Assembly: GCA_902537615.1 (NCBI GenBank)
Contig: CACBBU010000005.1
Span: 16,581 to 80,580, forward strand
Direction of reading: 5' to 3'
DNA length: 64,000 bases
DNA from: an uncultured Alphaproteobacteria bacterium
Lineage (GTDB): Bacteria; Pseudomonadota; Alphaproteobacteria; Methylaequorales; Methylaequoraceae
The position numbers and the translations under genes were made by a program. Under the pieces are notes generated by a model. It saw only the letters and a program-made list of their open reading frames with translations, did no database searches and was not told the origin of the DNA. Below are positions 27,989 through 38,331 of the stretch, piece by piece; the first letter of the stretch is position 1, and each line of letters starts with the position of its first letter.

Positions 27989-28999
27989 CTAATATACTAT
28001 AGATTCTTGGGTAATCTTTATCATTTTTCCATACCAAAATAAGTTTCTTTTTTCGTCAAAATAAGTGCAATTAAGTCTATATCTTCTATTTTTTTTTAAA
28101 TCAGTAATCTTTAGATTAATAATTTTTTTCTTTGTTATTATTTTTTTAATTTTTGCATTATTGTTAATATAGCAGTTAATCTTATTTTCAATTTTGTCTG
28201 TACTAAATAAGATTTCAAATTCCTCCAAATTTAAATCATCTTTCAAAACTTTTAAATCTGATAATATTAATGCTTTTGAGTTCACTATTTGAGCAAATCT
28301 TTTCATGCCTCCAAATTCATCATTAATAGCGAACCTAGGAAGTGCAAATTTATTCTCATTGATATGTACAGGACTTGAGTGTTGAGAAAAACCAATATGA
28401 TAACCCATTTTTTTGACTAGTTCTTGAATTTGAGGATTTGACTCTCCGTATGGATAGGATACAACTCTCTGAAGTCTTCCGATCTTAGACATTATTTTTT
28501 TTTCAGCTAAATCAAATTCCTTTTTTACATCATTAATTTGTAATTCTAAAAGTTTTGGATGACTATTCGTATGATTAAGAATTTCTCCATAATTTCTGGA
28601 GAGCTCTTTTATCATTTTCCAACTCATAAAATCACTTTTTTTTTCATTTGAAACAAATTTAGTAGAGAGAAAAAGAGAAAAAGGAATTTTATTCTTTTTT
28701 AATATTGGAAAAGCATGTTCATAGAAACTTTTATATCCATCATCAATTGTAATAAAAATTGATTTCTCAGGAATATCATAATCTTCATTAAAAAAACTCA
28801 ACAAATCTGAAATTGGAAGAATGTTAAAATTATTTTCTTTGAGATATTTAATTTGATCTTGAAAGTTTTTTGATGAAATACTTGTTGATGGAAATCTTTC
28901 ATCTTCAAATCTATGGTACATCAACACAATAGCTGATTTTTCGCTGGCGAAACTTTCACGAATTAAAAGAAAGGTAAGAAGAAAAAAAATAATTTTCAT
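27989..28999 (-). CDS. Polysaccharide deacetylase (CE4)
   Basis: LMYHRF, TIDDGY, NHTNSH, SYPYG and LPRF motifs. Confidence 0.88.
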   Translation of the reverse strand: MKIIFFLLTFLLIRESFASEKSAIVLMYHRFEDERFPSTSISSKNFQDQIKYLKENNFNILPISDLLSFFNEDYDIPEKSIFITIDDGYKSFYEHAFPILKKNKIPFSLFLSTKFVSNEKKSDFMSWKMIKELSRNYGEILNHTNSHPKLLELQINDVKKEFDLAEKKIMSKIGRLQRVVSYPYGESNPQIQELVKKMGYHIGFSQHSSPVHINENKFALPRFAINDEFGGMKRFAQIVNSKALILSDLKVLKDDLNLEEFEILFSTDKIENKINCYINNNAKIKKIITKKKIINLKITDLKKNRRYRLNCTYFDEKRNLFWYGKMIKITQESIVY

Positions 29000-29535
29000 G
29001 ATTCAATATTATCAACAATTTGGTAACTTTTTGAGTTAAAAAGCTGATAATGCCACCATTCATTTTTGTAAAAGTCCCAGCCAGCGTCAGTCATTATACC
29101 GAGTAAAGTTAATCTGTTCTGATAAGCCACTTTTGAAATATCTAAACAGCCATGATAAGAGAGTTTACTAAATTCATCAAACTCCGTACCCATATCAAGT
29201 TCCTTACCATTTTTAATTAAAGTTAAGTCAATTGCAACGCCTCTTGAATGTGGAGATCCTTTGTTAGGAGGAGTAATAAAGTTTGGATCTGGTAGGGTTT
29301 CCCACAATCGTTGTTGAACATAGGTTGGACGGTATGCATCAAAGATTTTTATCTTGAGACCAATTTTTTTTGCAATATCAACAGCTATACAAAGATTTTC
29401 AAAAGCGACTTTGTGAATAAAACACGATTCAGAAAAATAAATTTTGTTACCCGTAAAATTATTTTTAGAAGCATATCTTAAGTCTATATCTACATCGAGT
29501 TGATTTTGATTTACTTTTATAAAGTTTTGATTCAT
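28996..29535 (-). CDS. ddpX: D-alanyl-D-alanine dipeptidase (VanX/DdpX, M15D)
   Basis: DAYRP, SPHSRGVAIDLTL, DMGTEFD and EWWHY motifs. Confidence 0.92.
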   Translation of the reverse strand: MNQNFIKVNQNQLDVDIDLRYASKNNFTGNKIYFSESCFIHKVAFENLCIAVDIAKKIGLKIKIFDAYRPTYVQQRLWETLPDPNFITPPNKGSPHSRGVAIDLTLIKNGKELDMGTEFDEFSKLSYHGCLDISKVAYQNRLTLLGIMTDAGWDFYKNEWWHYQLFNSKSYQIVDNIES

Positions 29536-29550
29536 TTTATAGACTGAATC

Positions 29551-30180
29551 ATGTTAGCATTATCAATTTTTTGTTCAAGCCATAGAATATCAGTAGCTTT
29601 ATCAGAGGGAAAAGAATTTCACTTTTATCATGAAAAAAAAATTAAAAATGGAAAAGTTCAAGGACTTTTTGCCATCTTAACAAAATTAAGAAGTTATAAT
29701 GCATTTAGCAACCTCAATTACATACTGTTTACTAATGGTCCCGGAAGTTTTACAGGAATAAGATCAATAAAATCAATTTGCCAGGCACTTTCATTATCCA
29801 ACAGAGCTAAGATTCGTTCTATATCAACATTTTTTCCTTATTTAATAAGAGAATTAGATAATAATTGTGAAATTATTGTAATATATAGATCTTCAGGATT
29901 TAATTTTTTCTATAAACAGTTTGAAATAAAAAAAAGAAAAATAATAGAAAAATCAGAACTATTTGTTGATAATGTTAAAAAAATTGAATTTTTTTTTAAA
30001 AAAAAAAAAAAGCTGAATGATAAAATTTACATTGTCACTGATGAGCAGGAGATAAAAAGATTTTTTAAAAATAATGTTAAATTCTATTCTATAAATGCAA
30101 AAGACTTAACTGAGTGCTTTTTAAACGGTTATTCTAGAAATAACCAAGATATATTTTATCATAATACATACTATGAATGA
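29551..30180 (+). CDS. tsaB: t6A biosynthesis protein TsaB (divergent)
   Basis: GPGSFTGIR motif; precedes rimI. Confidence 0.75.
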   Translation: MLALSIFCSSHRISVALSEGKEFHFYHEKKIKNGKVQGLFAILTKLRSYNAFSNLNYILFTNGPGSFTGIRSIKSICQALSLSNRAKIRSISTFFPYLIRELDNNCEIIVIYRSSGFNFFYKQFEIKKRKIIEKSELFVDNVKKIEFFFKKKKKLNDKIYIVTDEQEIKRFFKNNVKFYSINAKDLTECFLNGYSRNNQDIFYHNTYYE

Positions 30181-30637
30181 GTTTATTTTTAAAAATTTAA
30201 AAGAAAATAACTGTTCTTCTTTACATTTATTTCAAAAGGAATTTAAAGAGCTAAAAAATAACATTTGGATGATTGATGATCTTAAAAACTTAATTAGCAA
30301 AGAGGGTTTTTTTGGTAAATTATGTTTAAAAAATAATTTAATTGCAGGGTTTTGCTTGGGGAATCAAGTTTTTGATATATTTGAGATTTATTCAATTTTT
30401 ATCCATCCTCAATTTAGAAGAAGAGGTATAGGAAAGAAATTTTTAGAGGAATGTAAAATTTTTTGCCAAAAAAACAAAGTAAAAAGAATTATGTTAGAGG
30501 TAAATATAAAAAATAATGTTGCAAAAAAATTCTATACTTTTAATGAATTTAAAAATTGTGGTGTAAGAAAAGATTACTACTTTGATAATTCAGGAAGAAA
30601 TGATGCTCAGCTTATGGAATTGGAAATTATGAAGTGA
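30173..30637 (+). CDS. rimI: RimI-like GNAT acetyltransferase
   Basis: RRRGIGK, LEV...N..A..FY and RKDYY motifs. Confidence 0.8.
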   Translation: MNEFIFKNLKENNCSSLHLFQKEFKELKNNIWMIDDLKNLISKEGFFGKLCLKNNLIAGFCLGNQVFDIFEIYSIFIHPQFRRRGIGKKFLEECKIFCQKNKVKRIMLEVNIKNNVAKKFYTFNEFKNCGVRKDYYFDNSGRNDAQLMELEIMK

Positions 30638-30842
30638 GCGTGAGCTTGAAGATATCTTTTTTAATTTTTTTTGATGATATATGAAAATTTTTCTTTAAAG
30701 AATTTGTTAGTCTGTCAAGATTTGTTTTCCCTTTAATAATAATTATTTTTTGATCATTAGTATTAGTTTTGATGAATTCTTTGGCCTTAATAAAAGTCAT
30801 TGGGCAATCAAAACCTGTTATATCTAAAACTTTTTTTTTCAT
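30627..30842 (-). CDS. TusA family sulfur carrier
   Basis: LDITGFDCPMTF motif. Confidence 0.75.
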   Translation of the reverse strand: MKKKVLDITGFDCPMTFIKAKEFIKTNTNDQKIIIIKGKTNLDRLTNSLKKNFHISSKKIKKDIFKLTLTS

Positions 30843-30951
30843 AATATCTTGGTTTGTGTTATATTAACTAAAAGATTGTAATTAACTGTTGATATAGAAA
30901 TATAAACATTGTAACAAATCATTAACAAAAACTATATATTTTTTTAAAGCT

Positions 30952-31365
30952 ATGTCTTCATTATTAGATAAATGTAACAAACTTGGTCTTAAAATGACCG
31001 AGCAAAGAAAGGTGATAGTTCAGGTGTTAGCCGATTCAAAGGATCATCCCGATGTTGAATTAGTTTATAAAAGAGCATCTGAGATTGACGCTAACATCGG
31101 AATTGCCACAGTCTACAGAACAATTAGACTTTTTGAAGAAAATAATATTATTGAAAAGCATGAGTTTAAAGATGGAAGATTTAGGTACGAGGAAGTTCCT
31201 GATGAGCATCACGATCATCTTATAGATGTAAGAAATGGAAAAGTTATTGAATTTCAGAATGATGCTATTGAGGAACTTCAAAAAAGAGTAGCAAAAGAAT
31301 TAGGTTATGAATTAGTTGATCATAGATTAGAATTGTATGGTGTTCCAGCTAAAAACAAAAAATAA
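30952..31365 (+). CDS. fur: Fur/Mur family regulator
   Basis: HPDVE, ATVYRT, HHDHLID and DHRLELYG motifs. Confidence 0.92.
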   Translation: MSSLLDKCNKLGLKMTEQRKVIVQVLADSKDHPDVELVYKRASEIDANIGIATVYRTIRLFEENNIIEKHEFKDGRFRYEEVPDEHHDHLIDVRNGKVIEFQNDAIEELQKRVAKELGYELVDHRLELYGVPAKNKK

Positions 31366-32284
31366 ATCTGCTGTTAATTCTACCAATAAAAATTTTGGTA
31401 AATTTAAATCAATTTTACATAAAGTAAAGTATGTTGCAAAAAACGTTATTTATGTGAAAAGATGGTCAAGTGAGATTAAGACAGAAAAACTTAAAGAAAT
31501 AAACTACACGTCCGAGAAATTTAATCATAGAAGAAAACAGAATCAATTAGATTTTTCTTTTAAAAATTACCAGATCAAAATTATTAGGCATCCTGACCCT
31601 TTACTTCTTAAAGCAAAAAAATTAAGGCAAAAGATTTTTTTTGAAGATTGTAATGAACAAAAAATGGACTCTGATGAATTTGATGATTATTGTGATCACC
31701 TTGTCGTTATTGACAAATCAGTGGCAAGTGATTTTGTTGTAGGTACATATAGATTGCTCCTCAAAGGAAAAAATCAAAAATATAGAAGATTTTACAGTGA
31801 ATCTGAGTTTGACATTTCAAACCTATTTAAAAAAAATACTTCAATGTTAGAGGCTGGGAGATCTTGCGTTGATAAAAATTACAGAGATGGAAAAATAATA
31901 AAACTTTTATGGAGAGGTCTTGCTTTTTACATTATACAAAAAAAAGTGGATTTGATTTTTGGTTGTGCAAGCTTTCCTTCATCAAATTATTCTGAATTTG
32001 AAACTCAACTTTCTTATTTAAATCATTTCCATAAACCTCCACCAAAATATTCAACCTTTCCTAAAGAAAAGTTAAAGGCCGATACAAATATTTTATCACA
32101 AAAAAAGATCAATGAGTATGAAGAGTTTAGGTTACTTCCCCCTTTGATAAAGGCTTATATAAGAGCAGGTGCGTGGGTTGGTAAAGGTGCTGTTGTAGAC
32201 AAGAAGTTTAATACGACGGACGTATTGATAATTCTAAAATCCCAAAATATCATAAAAAAATACTCAAATTTATCATTTAAATAA
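31337..32284 (+). CDS. olsB: Ornithine N-acyltransferase OlsB-like GNAT (start uncertain)
   Basis: DEFDDYCDHL, VGTYRL, EAGRSCV, FGCASF and LPPLIKAY motifs; upstream of an acyltransferase. Confidence 0.8.
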   Translation: MVFQLKTKNKSAVNSTNKNFGKFKSILHKVKYVAKNVIYVKRWSSEIKTEKLKEINYTSEKFNHRRKQNQLDFSFKNYQIKIIRHPDPLLLKAKKLRQKIFFEDCNEQKMDSDEFDDYCDHLVVIDKSVASDFVVGTYRLLLKGKNQKYRRFYSESEFDISNLFKKNTSMLEAGRSCVDKNYRDGKIIKLLWRGLAFYIIQKKVDLIFGCASFPSSNYSEFETQLSYLNHFHKPPPKYSTFPKEKLKADTNILSQKKINEYEEFRLLPPLIKAYIRAGAWVGKGAVVDKKFNTTDVLIILKSQNIIKKYSNLSFK

Positions 32285-33102
32285 TGCTATACTCTCCAAT
32301 TCTTTCTTGTCTAAGAATTTTACCTTTTTTTATTTGGACTATTCTTTGTGCTTTTTTTCAATCAATTTACCACTTTGTTTTAAGAAAAAATTTTTTCTTA
32401 TTTTATAAAATTTTCTTCAAAGGGCTCGTAAAAATTTTTGGTATCAAAGTAAATATAAAAGGAAGACAATCTAAAAAAAAAGTTTTATTTGTATCAAATC
32501 ATATTTCCTACCTTGATATATTTGTTTTAGGTTCAAGTGCTGACGGCTTATTTGTTGCTAAATCAGAAATAGATTCTTGGCCATTTATAAATACAATGTG
32601 TGCTCTTGGTAGAACAATTTTTGTTAATAGAAATGACATAATAAAGGTCAAAGGCCAAATGAACAGAATTTTATCTACCTTAAAAAGTGGATACAGTGTT
32701 ATATTATTTCCTGAGGGAACTTCAAGTGACGGCTCTAGAGTACTGCCTTTTAAAACCTCACTTTTAGGAGTTATTGAAGATAAATATCGTCAGGAATTCC
32801 ATATCCAACCAGTATCTATATCTTACAGTAAGCTTGATGGAATACCCTTGGAAACAAAATTCAGACCTTTTTTTGCATGGTTTGGTAACATGGATCTTCT
32901 TTCGCATGCATGGAAATTTCTAGGACTTGGTTTTAGTGAGGTAAATGTAAATTTTCACCAGCCTAAAAAATTTTCACACTTTAAAGATAGAAAACATGCT
33001 GCTAAATACTGTCACGAGATAATATCCTCGCAAATTAGTAAAGACTTTCAGAACATGGAGGTAGAAAAAAAAATCAGACTTTATGAATTTATGCTCTTGT
33101 AA
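32284..33102 (+). CDS. olsA: Lyso-ornithine lipid / lysophospholipid acyltransferase (OlsA/PlsC family)
   Basis: NHISYLD, FVAKSE and FPEGTSSDG motifs. Confidence 0.75.
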   Translation: MLYSPILSCLRILPFFIWTILCAFFQSIYHFVLRKNFFLFYKIFFKGLVKIFGIKVNIKGRQSKKKVLFVSNHISYLDIFVLGSSADGLFVAKSEIDSWPFINTMCALGRTIFVNRNDIIKVKGQMNRILSTLKSGYSVILFPEGTSSDGSRVLPFKTSLLGVIEDKYRQEFHIQPVSISYSKLDGIPLETKFRPFFAWFGNMDLLSHAWKFLGLGFSEVNVNFHQPKKFSHFKDRKHAAKYCHEIISSQISKDFQNMEVEKKIRLYEFMLL

Positions 33103-33132
33103 TAAGTTTAAATTTCTTTAATTATTTAAATT

Positions 33133-34468
33133 ATGTATCAATCTTTCTTTGTAAAAACATACGGCTGTCAAATGAATCAATATGACTCTGAAAAAATTGA
33201 TGAGTTACTTGTTCATAATGGGTTTAAAAAAGCTCAAAACTTGGAGATGTCTGATGTTGCAATATTAAACACATGTCACATTAGAGAGAAAGCAAGTGAA
33301 AAATTTTACTCTGATTTAGGAAGATTATCAGTTTATAAAAGAAATAAAGAAAAGCTTGGAGAAAAAATGCAGATTGTTGTTATGGGATGCGTTGCCCAAG
33401 CAGAGGGTGAGGAGGTAATAAAAAGAAATACACTTGTGGACTATGTTATTGGACCTCAAAATATACAATCTATTCCTGAATTATTGAGGACAAAATCAAA
33501 AGAGACAATACATACAAACTTTTTGTGTGAACAAAAATTTAGTTCCTTTCCAAAATCTTTTCTTGGGGGGGGCCTCTAGGCAAATTACAATTCAAGAGGG
33601 CTGTGATAAATTTTGCTCTTTTTGTGTAGTCCCTTATACAAGAGGGAATGAATATTCCAGGTCAGTGGAGGAGATTTTTGCCGAAGCAAAAAATTTAGTT
33701 GAAAATGGTGCTTTAGAAATAAATCTTCTTGGTCAAAACGTAAGTTCATACAAGTCATCTATTTTTGAGAAATCAGAAAAAAAGCAAGTAGATTTGGCGA
33801 AGCTCTGTAATATTTTATCATCTTTGCCTGAGTTGAAAAGGATACGATATATAACCTCACACCCTTCAGATATTAACGATGAATTAATTTTAGAACATAA
33901 AAATAATAAAAAGTTAATGCCATTTCTTCATTTGCCTGTTCAGTCTGGTTCAAACAAAATTTTAAAAAAAATGAACAGGAAGTATTCCAAAGAAAACTAT
34001 ATTGACTTAATCAATAAAATTAAATGTGAAGTAAAAAATATGGCCTTTTCCTCAGATTTTATTGTTGGTTATCCTGGAGAAACAAATAACGACTTTGAAG
34101 ATACGTTAGACCTAATTAACAAAGTGGGTTTTGCAAGTTCGTATTCATTCAAATATTCTCCAAGGCCTGGAACACCTGCTTCATTGATTAAAAACCAGAT
34201 TAATGACGAAATTTTAGATAAAAGATTAAATAAAATACAAAAAATACTAAATGATCAGCAAAAAAAATTTAATGAGACCTTTTTAGAAAAGGAAATTGAT
34301 ATTTTATTTACAAATTTAGGAAAAAAAAATAACCAATATGTTGGCAGAACAGCTTTTTTGCAGCCTGTACATGTAATTTCTTCAAAAGATTTAGTAGGGA
34401 AAATTCTAAAAATTAAAATAGAAAGATTGACCTCTTTCTCATTTCATGGAAAAATTTTAAGTTCATAA
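33133..34468 (+). pseudogene. miaB: miaB tRNA methylthiotransferase split by one extra base in a G8 tract (33565-33572); frameshift or sequencing error
   Basis: ORF1 has TYGCQMN and NTCHIRE; ORF2 has QEGCDKFCSFC. Removing one G joins them as ...SFLGGASRQITIQEGC. Confidence 0.85.
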
Positions 34469-34473
34469 AAGCT

Positions 34474-35484
34474 TTGAAAAAAAAATTGAAAAAAAATGAA
34501 CTATTTTCAAGAATTATCTCTTTTGAAGATAACCTAATTCTTCCTGATTTTTTTGGAACGAATGATGAAAATTTAAAAAAGCTTGAAAATGCTTTTGGCG
34601 TTTGTATTCTTCCAAGAGGAAACTATTTGAAGATTGAAGGTTTGCAAGAGAATGTTAATCAGACAGATATTGTTTTAAAAAAGCTTTATGAGGGAGTGAA
34701 AAAAAATAAGTCTTTAAGTTCTTCCGATATTGATACTATCATTAAAATATTTAAAAACCAAAATTATGATAAGCCAATAAAGGAATACGAAGTGATTGAG
34801 TCCTTAAATATAGTAGCAGGAAGAAAGATCATAAAACCAAGGTCAAAGAAGCAACTAGATTATTTTAATTTGGTTAAAGAAAAGCAAATGGTTTTCTGTT
34901 GCGGTCCGGCTGGTACTGGAAAAACATATTTAGCTGTGGCTTATGCTGTTTCTATGTTAAAGTCAGGAGAAATTGAAAAGATAATTTTAACTAGACCTGC
35001 AGTTGAAGCGGGGGAAAGGTTAGGCTTTCTCCCAGGAGATATAAAAGAAAAGATTGATCCTTATCTTAGACCGATTTATGATGCATTGAATGATATGCTT
35101 TCATTTTCTGAGGTAATAAAAAAAATAGAATCTGGATTTATAGAAATTGCCCCTCTTGCATTCATGAGAGGAAGGACGCTATCTAACGCCTTCATAATTT
35201 TGGATGAGTCGCAAAACACAACAGCTGTACAAATGAAAATGTTTCTCACAAGGTTAGGTGAAAACTCAAAAATGATTGTTACTGGTGATTTATCTCAAGT
35301 TGATCTTCCATCTGGTACAAAGTCTGGTTTGAGAGAATCTATAAATATATTAAAAAATGTTGAAGAGATCGGTTTTCTGGAATTTTCAGATAGTGATGTA
35401 GTGAGAAACCCTTTAGTATCAAAAATTGTAAAACAATATGAGAGGTTTGAGAAAGATAAAGGTGTTGGAAAAGAATATGTATAG
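34474..35484 (+). CDS. phoH: PhoH/YbeZ family ATPase
   Basis: GPAGTGKT, RPAVEAGERLGFLPG and AFMRGRTL motifs. Confidence 0.95.
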   Translation: MKKKLKKNELFSRIISFEDNLILPDFFGTNDENLKKLENAFGVCILPRGNYLKIEGLQENVNQTDIVLKKLYEGVKKNKSLSSSDIDTIIKIFKNQNYDKPIKEYEVIESLNIVAGRKIIKPRSKKQLDYFNLVKEKQMVFCCGPAGTGKTYLAVAYAVSMLKSGEIEKIILTRPAVEAGERLGFLPGDIKEKIDPYLRPIYDALNDMLSFSEVIKKIESGFIEIAPLAFMRGRTLSNAFIILDESQNTTAVQMKMFLTRLGENSKMIVTGDLSQVDLPSGTKSGLRESINILKNVEEIGFLEFSDSDVVRNPLVSKIVKQYERFEKDKGVGKEYV

Positions 35485-35494
35485 TCTTTAAAAA

Positions 35495-35968
35495 ATGATT
35501 GAGTTTAATTTTGAGTATCTAAATTCTTTCAATGAAAATGAAATTAAAAAGATTGTTGAAAAGTCAACATCATTAGTTTTGAAAGAAATGGACTTCAAAA
35601 AAAATTATTACTTATCAATTTTATTGACCAATGATGAAGGGATAAAAAAAATTAATAAAAAATATAGAAAAATAAATAAATCAACAAATGTCTTATCTTT
35701 TCCACAAAATGAACAAAGGTTAATAACAAAAAAAACGTCTAAAATTATCCTTGGAGATATAGTAATATCTCTGGAGAAGATTATGAAGGAATCTAAGTTG
35801 CAAAATAAAAAGTTTTCAGATCACTTAACACATATGGTAATACATGGTCTTTTGCACTTATTAGGTTTTAATCACGAAAAATTAAAAGATTTTAAGATAA
35901 TGAAAAAAAAAGAAATAAACGTTTTATCTAAATTATCAATTTCTTCACCATACGTAATAAATGATTAG
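35495..35968 (+). CDS. ybeY: rRNA maturation endoribonuclease YbeY
   Basis: TNVLSFP and HGLLHLLGFNH motifs. Confidence 0.93.
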   Translation: MIEFNFEYLNSFNENEIKKIVEKSTSLVLKEMDFKKNYYLSILLTNDEGIKKINKKYRKINKSTNVLSFPQNEQRLITKKTSKIILGDIVISLEKIMKESKLQNKKFSDHLTHMVIHGLLHLLGFNHEKLKDFKIMKKKEINVLSKLSISSPYVIND

Positions 35969-36803
35969 AAATTTTTTTTACAAATTTAAAGGGTTGTTAA
36001 AATTCTCAGAAAAAGAAAATATTAAAGAGGTTCTGGAGGATTTAATTGAAGAAGATGTTAACGGCTCAAATAATATTGATGCGGGTACTCGTAATATTTT
36101 TAAGAACGTTATCAATCTGAGTGATAAGTGCATTGAAGATATAATGATACCACGAGCAGATATAGATGCAGTTTCAGTTGATACGACTTACAACGAACTA
36201 GTTCTTTTTATTGATAAAACAAAACATTCAAGAATACCTGTCTTTGACAGTAATTTAGATAAAATTTTGGGAATGATACACATTAGAGATTTATTTGAGA
36301 AAATTCATAATAGCAGTACCCAAAAAAAGAAATTAAAAATTTCAAAAAAAATAATAAGAAAAATTTTGTTTTCTTCACCAACCATGAAAATTTTGGACCT
36401 TCTCTTAAAAATGAGGTCGGAACAGATTCATATGTCAATAGTAGTAGATGAATTCGGAGGTACGAACGGTTTAGTAACGATTGAAGATTTAGTTGAAGAA
36501 ATAGTTGGTGAAATAAAAGATGAACACGACTCTGAAGAAGCTGAGGAAATTAAAAAGGTATCTAAAAGAAACTTTGAGCTCCCAGCTAGGGTATCATTAG
36601 AAGAGTTTGAAAAAGAAATTGGCGTGAAACTTAAAATTGAAAAAAAAGATGAGATTGATACGATTGGAGGATTTATTTTTTTCCTAATTGGCCGAATTCC
36701 TGGTAGAGGTGAAGTTATTAGCTATAATAAAGTACTAGAATTTACAATAATAGAAGCAGATACCAGACGTATAAAAAAGATTTTAGTTACTTTAAAAAAA
36801 TGA
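35961..36803 (+). CDS. corC: HlyC/CorC CBS-domain protein
   Basis: HSRIPV and VDEFGGTNGLVTIEDLVEEIVGEI motifs. Confidence 0.9.
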   Translation: MIRNFFYKFKGLLKFSEKENIKEVLEDLIEEDVNGSNNIDAGTRNIFKNVINLSDKCIEDIMIPRADIDAVSVDTTYNELVLFIDKTKHSRIPVFDSNLDKILGMIHIRDLFEKIHNSSTQKKKLKISKKIIRKILFSSPTMKILDLLLKMRSEQIHMSIVVDEFGGTNGLVTIEDLVEEIVGEIKDEHDSEEAEEIKKVSKRNFELPARVSLEEFEKEIGVKLKIEKKDEIDTIGGFIFFLIGRIPGRGEVISYNKVLEFTIIEADTRRIKKILVTLKK

Positions 36804-38320
36804 TTAAAACCCCATTATGGATTTTCATAACTCTTGGAATTTTTCTTGGAGTTTCCCAATCCTTCTTTTTTCTAACACCAATTGTAATAATTACATATTT
36901 TTTATTTATTAAAAAAATTCTTCTAAAAGATAATCTTAAAGATTCTTTTTTTGCAGGATGGAGCTTTGGTATCGGTTTTTATATTGGTTCAATGCACTGG
37001 ATAATTTCTCCTTTTTTAATATACGAAAAACATCTTTTTTTATCTCCTGTTTCAATTCTTTTCCCTTTATTGATGGGGTTATTTTTCTCTATTCCATCTG
37101 TTTTAATAACAATTCTAAAAAACTTTGTTTTTTTTCATAAATTGTCTCTTATTTCAAAAGCCTTTATGATAGCAACTTTTTTTTTTATTTCAGAGATTAT
37201 TAAATCACAAATATTTGGAGGTTTACCATTAAATCTAACAGGACATTTGTGGGCATTCAATCACGAATTTATTCAAGTTTCTAAATTTATAGGGGTCATG
37301 GGACTGAGTTTTTTTACCCTCTTATGGATAAGTAGTATATCAATTTTTTTAATTGAAAAAAAATTCTCACATAGCCTTTTAACCTTTATTTTTTTCCCTT
37401 TATTTTTATTAAGCTTTAATTTTTTTTCAAATTTTCAAAAATCTAAAGCTGTAAACAACCAAATAAGTTTTAGAGTAATTCAACCTAATATTCCTCAAAT
37501 TGAAAAGTGGAATAAGTTATATTTTGAGAAGAATATTAATAAATTGTTAGAATTGACAAATAAAGAAAATCTTGAAGAAAAGGACAAGATTGTGGTTTGG
37601 CCGGAGGTAGCTCTGACCTATTTTTTAACAGAAGAATCAGATGTTATAGAATATATAAAAAAAAATATTCCTAAAAATATAACGCTTATAACAGGTGGGT
37701 TAAGAAGGGAATTTAACAATAAAAATTTCAAGATTTATAATTCTTTATATCTAATAAATAATGAGAATTTTGATTTTTACGATAAAAAAAAATTAGTACC
37801 ATTCGGAGAGTTTGTTCCATTAAGAGGAATCTTAAAATCTTTTAAGCTTGCGCCAGGTACTTCAGATTTTAGTGAAGGAGATAAGGTGAATCAAATGAGA
37901 ATCAAATTAGAAAATAAAGAATTTTTTTTTGAACCTTCTATTTGCTATGAAGCAATCTTTCAAACATTTTCAAAAAATAAATCATCAGTGTTTGTAAATA
38001 TAACTAATGATGCTTGGTTTGGTAAAACTATTGGTCCTAGACAACACTTAGCATCACAGATTTTTAGATCAGTGGAAAAGTCTGTATTTTTTTTAAGATC
38101 AGCTAATTCTGGTATTTCAGTAATTGTCAATAATAAAGGGAAAATCTTAAAAAAAATTAGCCTCAATTCTGTGGGATACATTGAGATGAAAACTCAACTT
38201 TCGTCAGAGGAAACTTTTTTTGAACGTCATGGAAATATTACAGTTTTTTTTACAATTATTTTCTTAGGTTTATTATTTTACTTGATTGAATTTATAATTT
38301 CTTTAAAAAGATATAGATAA
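36800..38320 (+). CDS. lnt: Apolipoprotein N-acyltransferase
   Basis: WPE, KKLVPFGEFVP, ICYE and TNDAWFG motifs. Confidence 0.93.
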   Translation: MIKTPLWIFITLGIFLGVSQSFFFLTPIVIITYFLFIKKILLKDNLKDSFFAGWSFGIGFYIGSMHWIISPFLIYEKHLFLSPVSILFPLLMGLFFSIPSVLITILKNFVFFHKLSLISKAFMIATFFFISEIIKSQIFGGLPLNLTGHLWAFNHEFIQVSKFIGVMGLSFFTLLWISSISIFLIEKKFSHSLLTFIFFPLFLLSFNFFSNFQKSKAVNNQISFRVIQPNIPQIEKWNKLYFEKNINKLLELTNKENLEEKDKIVVWPEVALTYFLTEESDVIEYIKKNIPKNITLITGGLRREFNNKNFKIYNSLYLINNENFDFYDKKKLVPFGEFVPLRGILKSFKLAPGTSDFSEGDKVNQMRIKLENKEFFFEPSICYEAIFQTFSKNKSSVFVNITNDAWFGKTIGPRQHLASQIFRSVEKSVFFLRSANSGISVIVNNKGKILKKISLNSVGYIEMKTQLSSEETFFERHGNITVFFTIIFLGLLFYLIEFIISLKRYR

Positions 38321-38331
38321 CTTCTAAATAA

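Noticed and set aside
30876-30930. TTGTAA-containing words upstream of fur as a Pho box for fur-olsBA
   Set aside because: Half-sites are not at an 11-bp period and match the other four boxes poorly.
34474-35484. phoH as part of the Pho regulon
   Set aside because: It is the housekeeping ybeZ-type gene in the miaB-phoH-ybeY-corC-lnt operon, with no Pho box.
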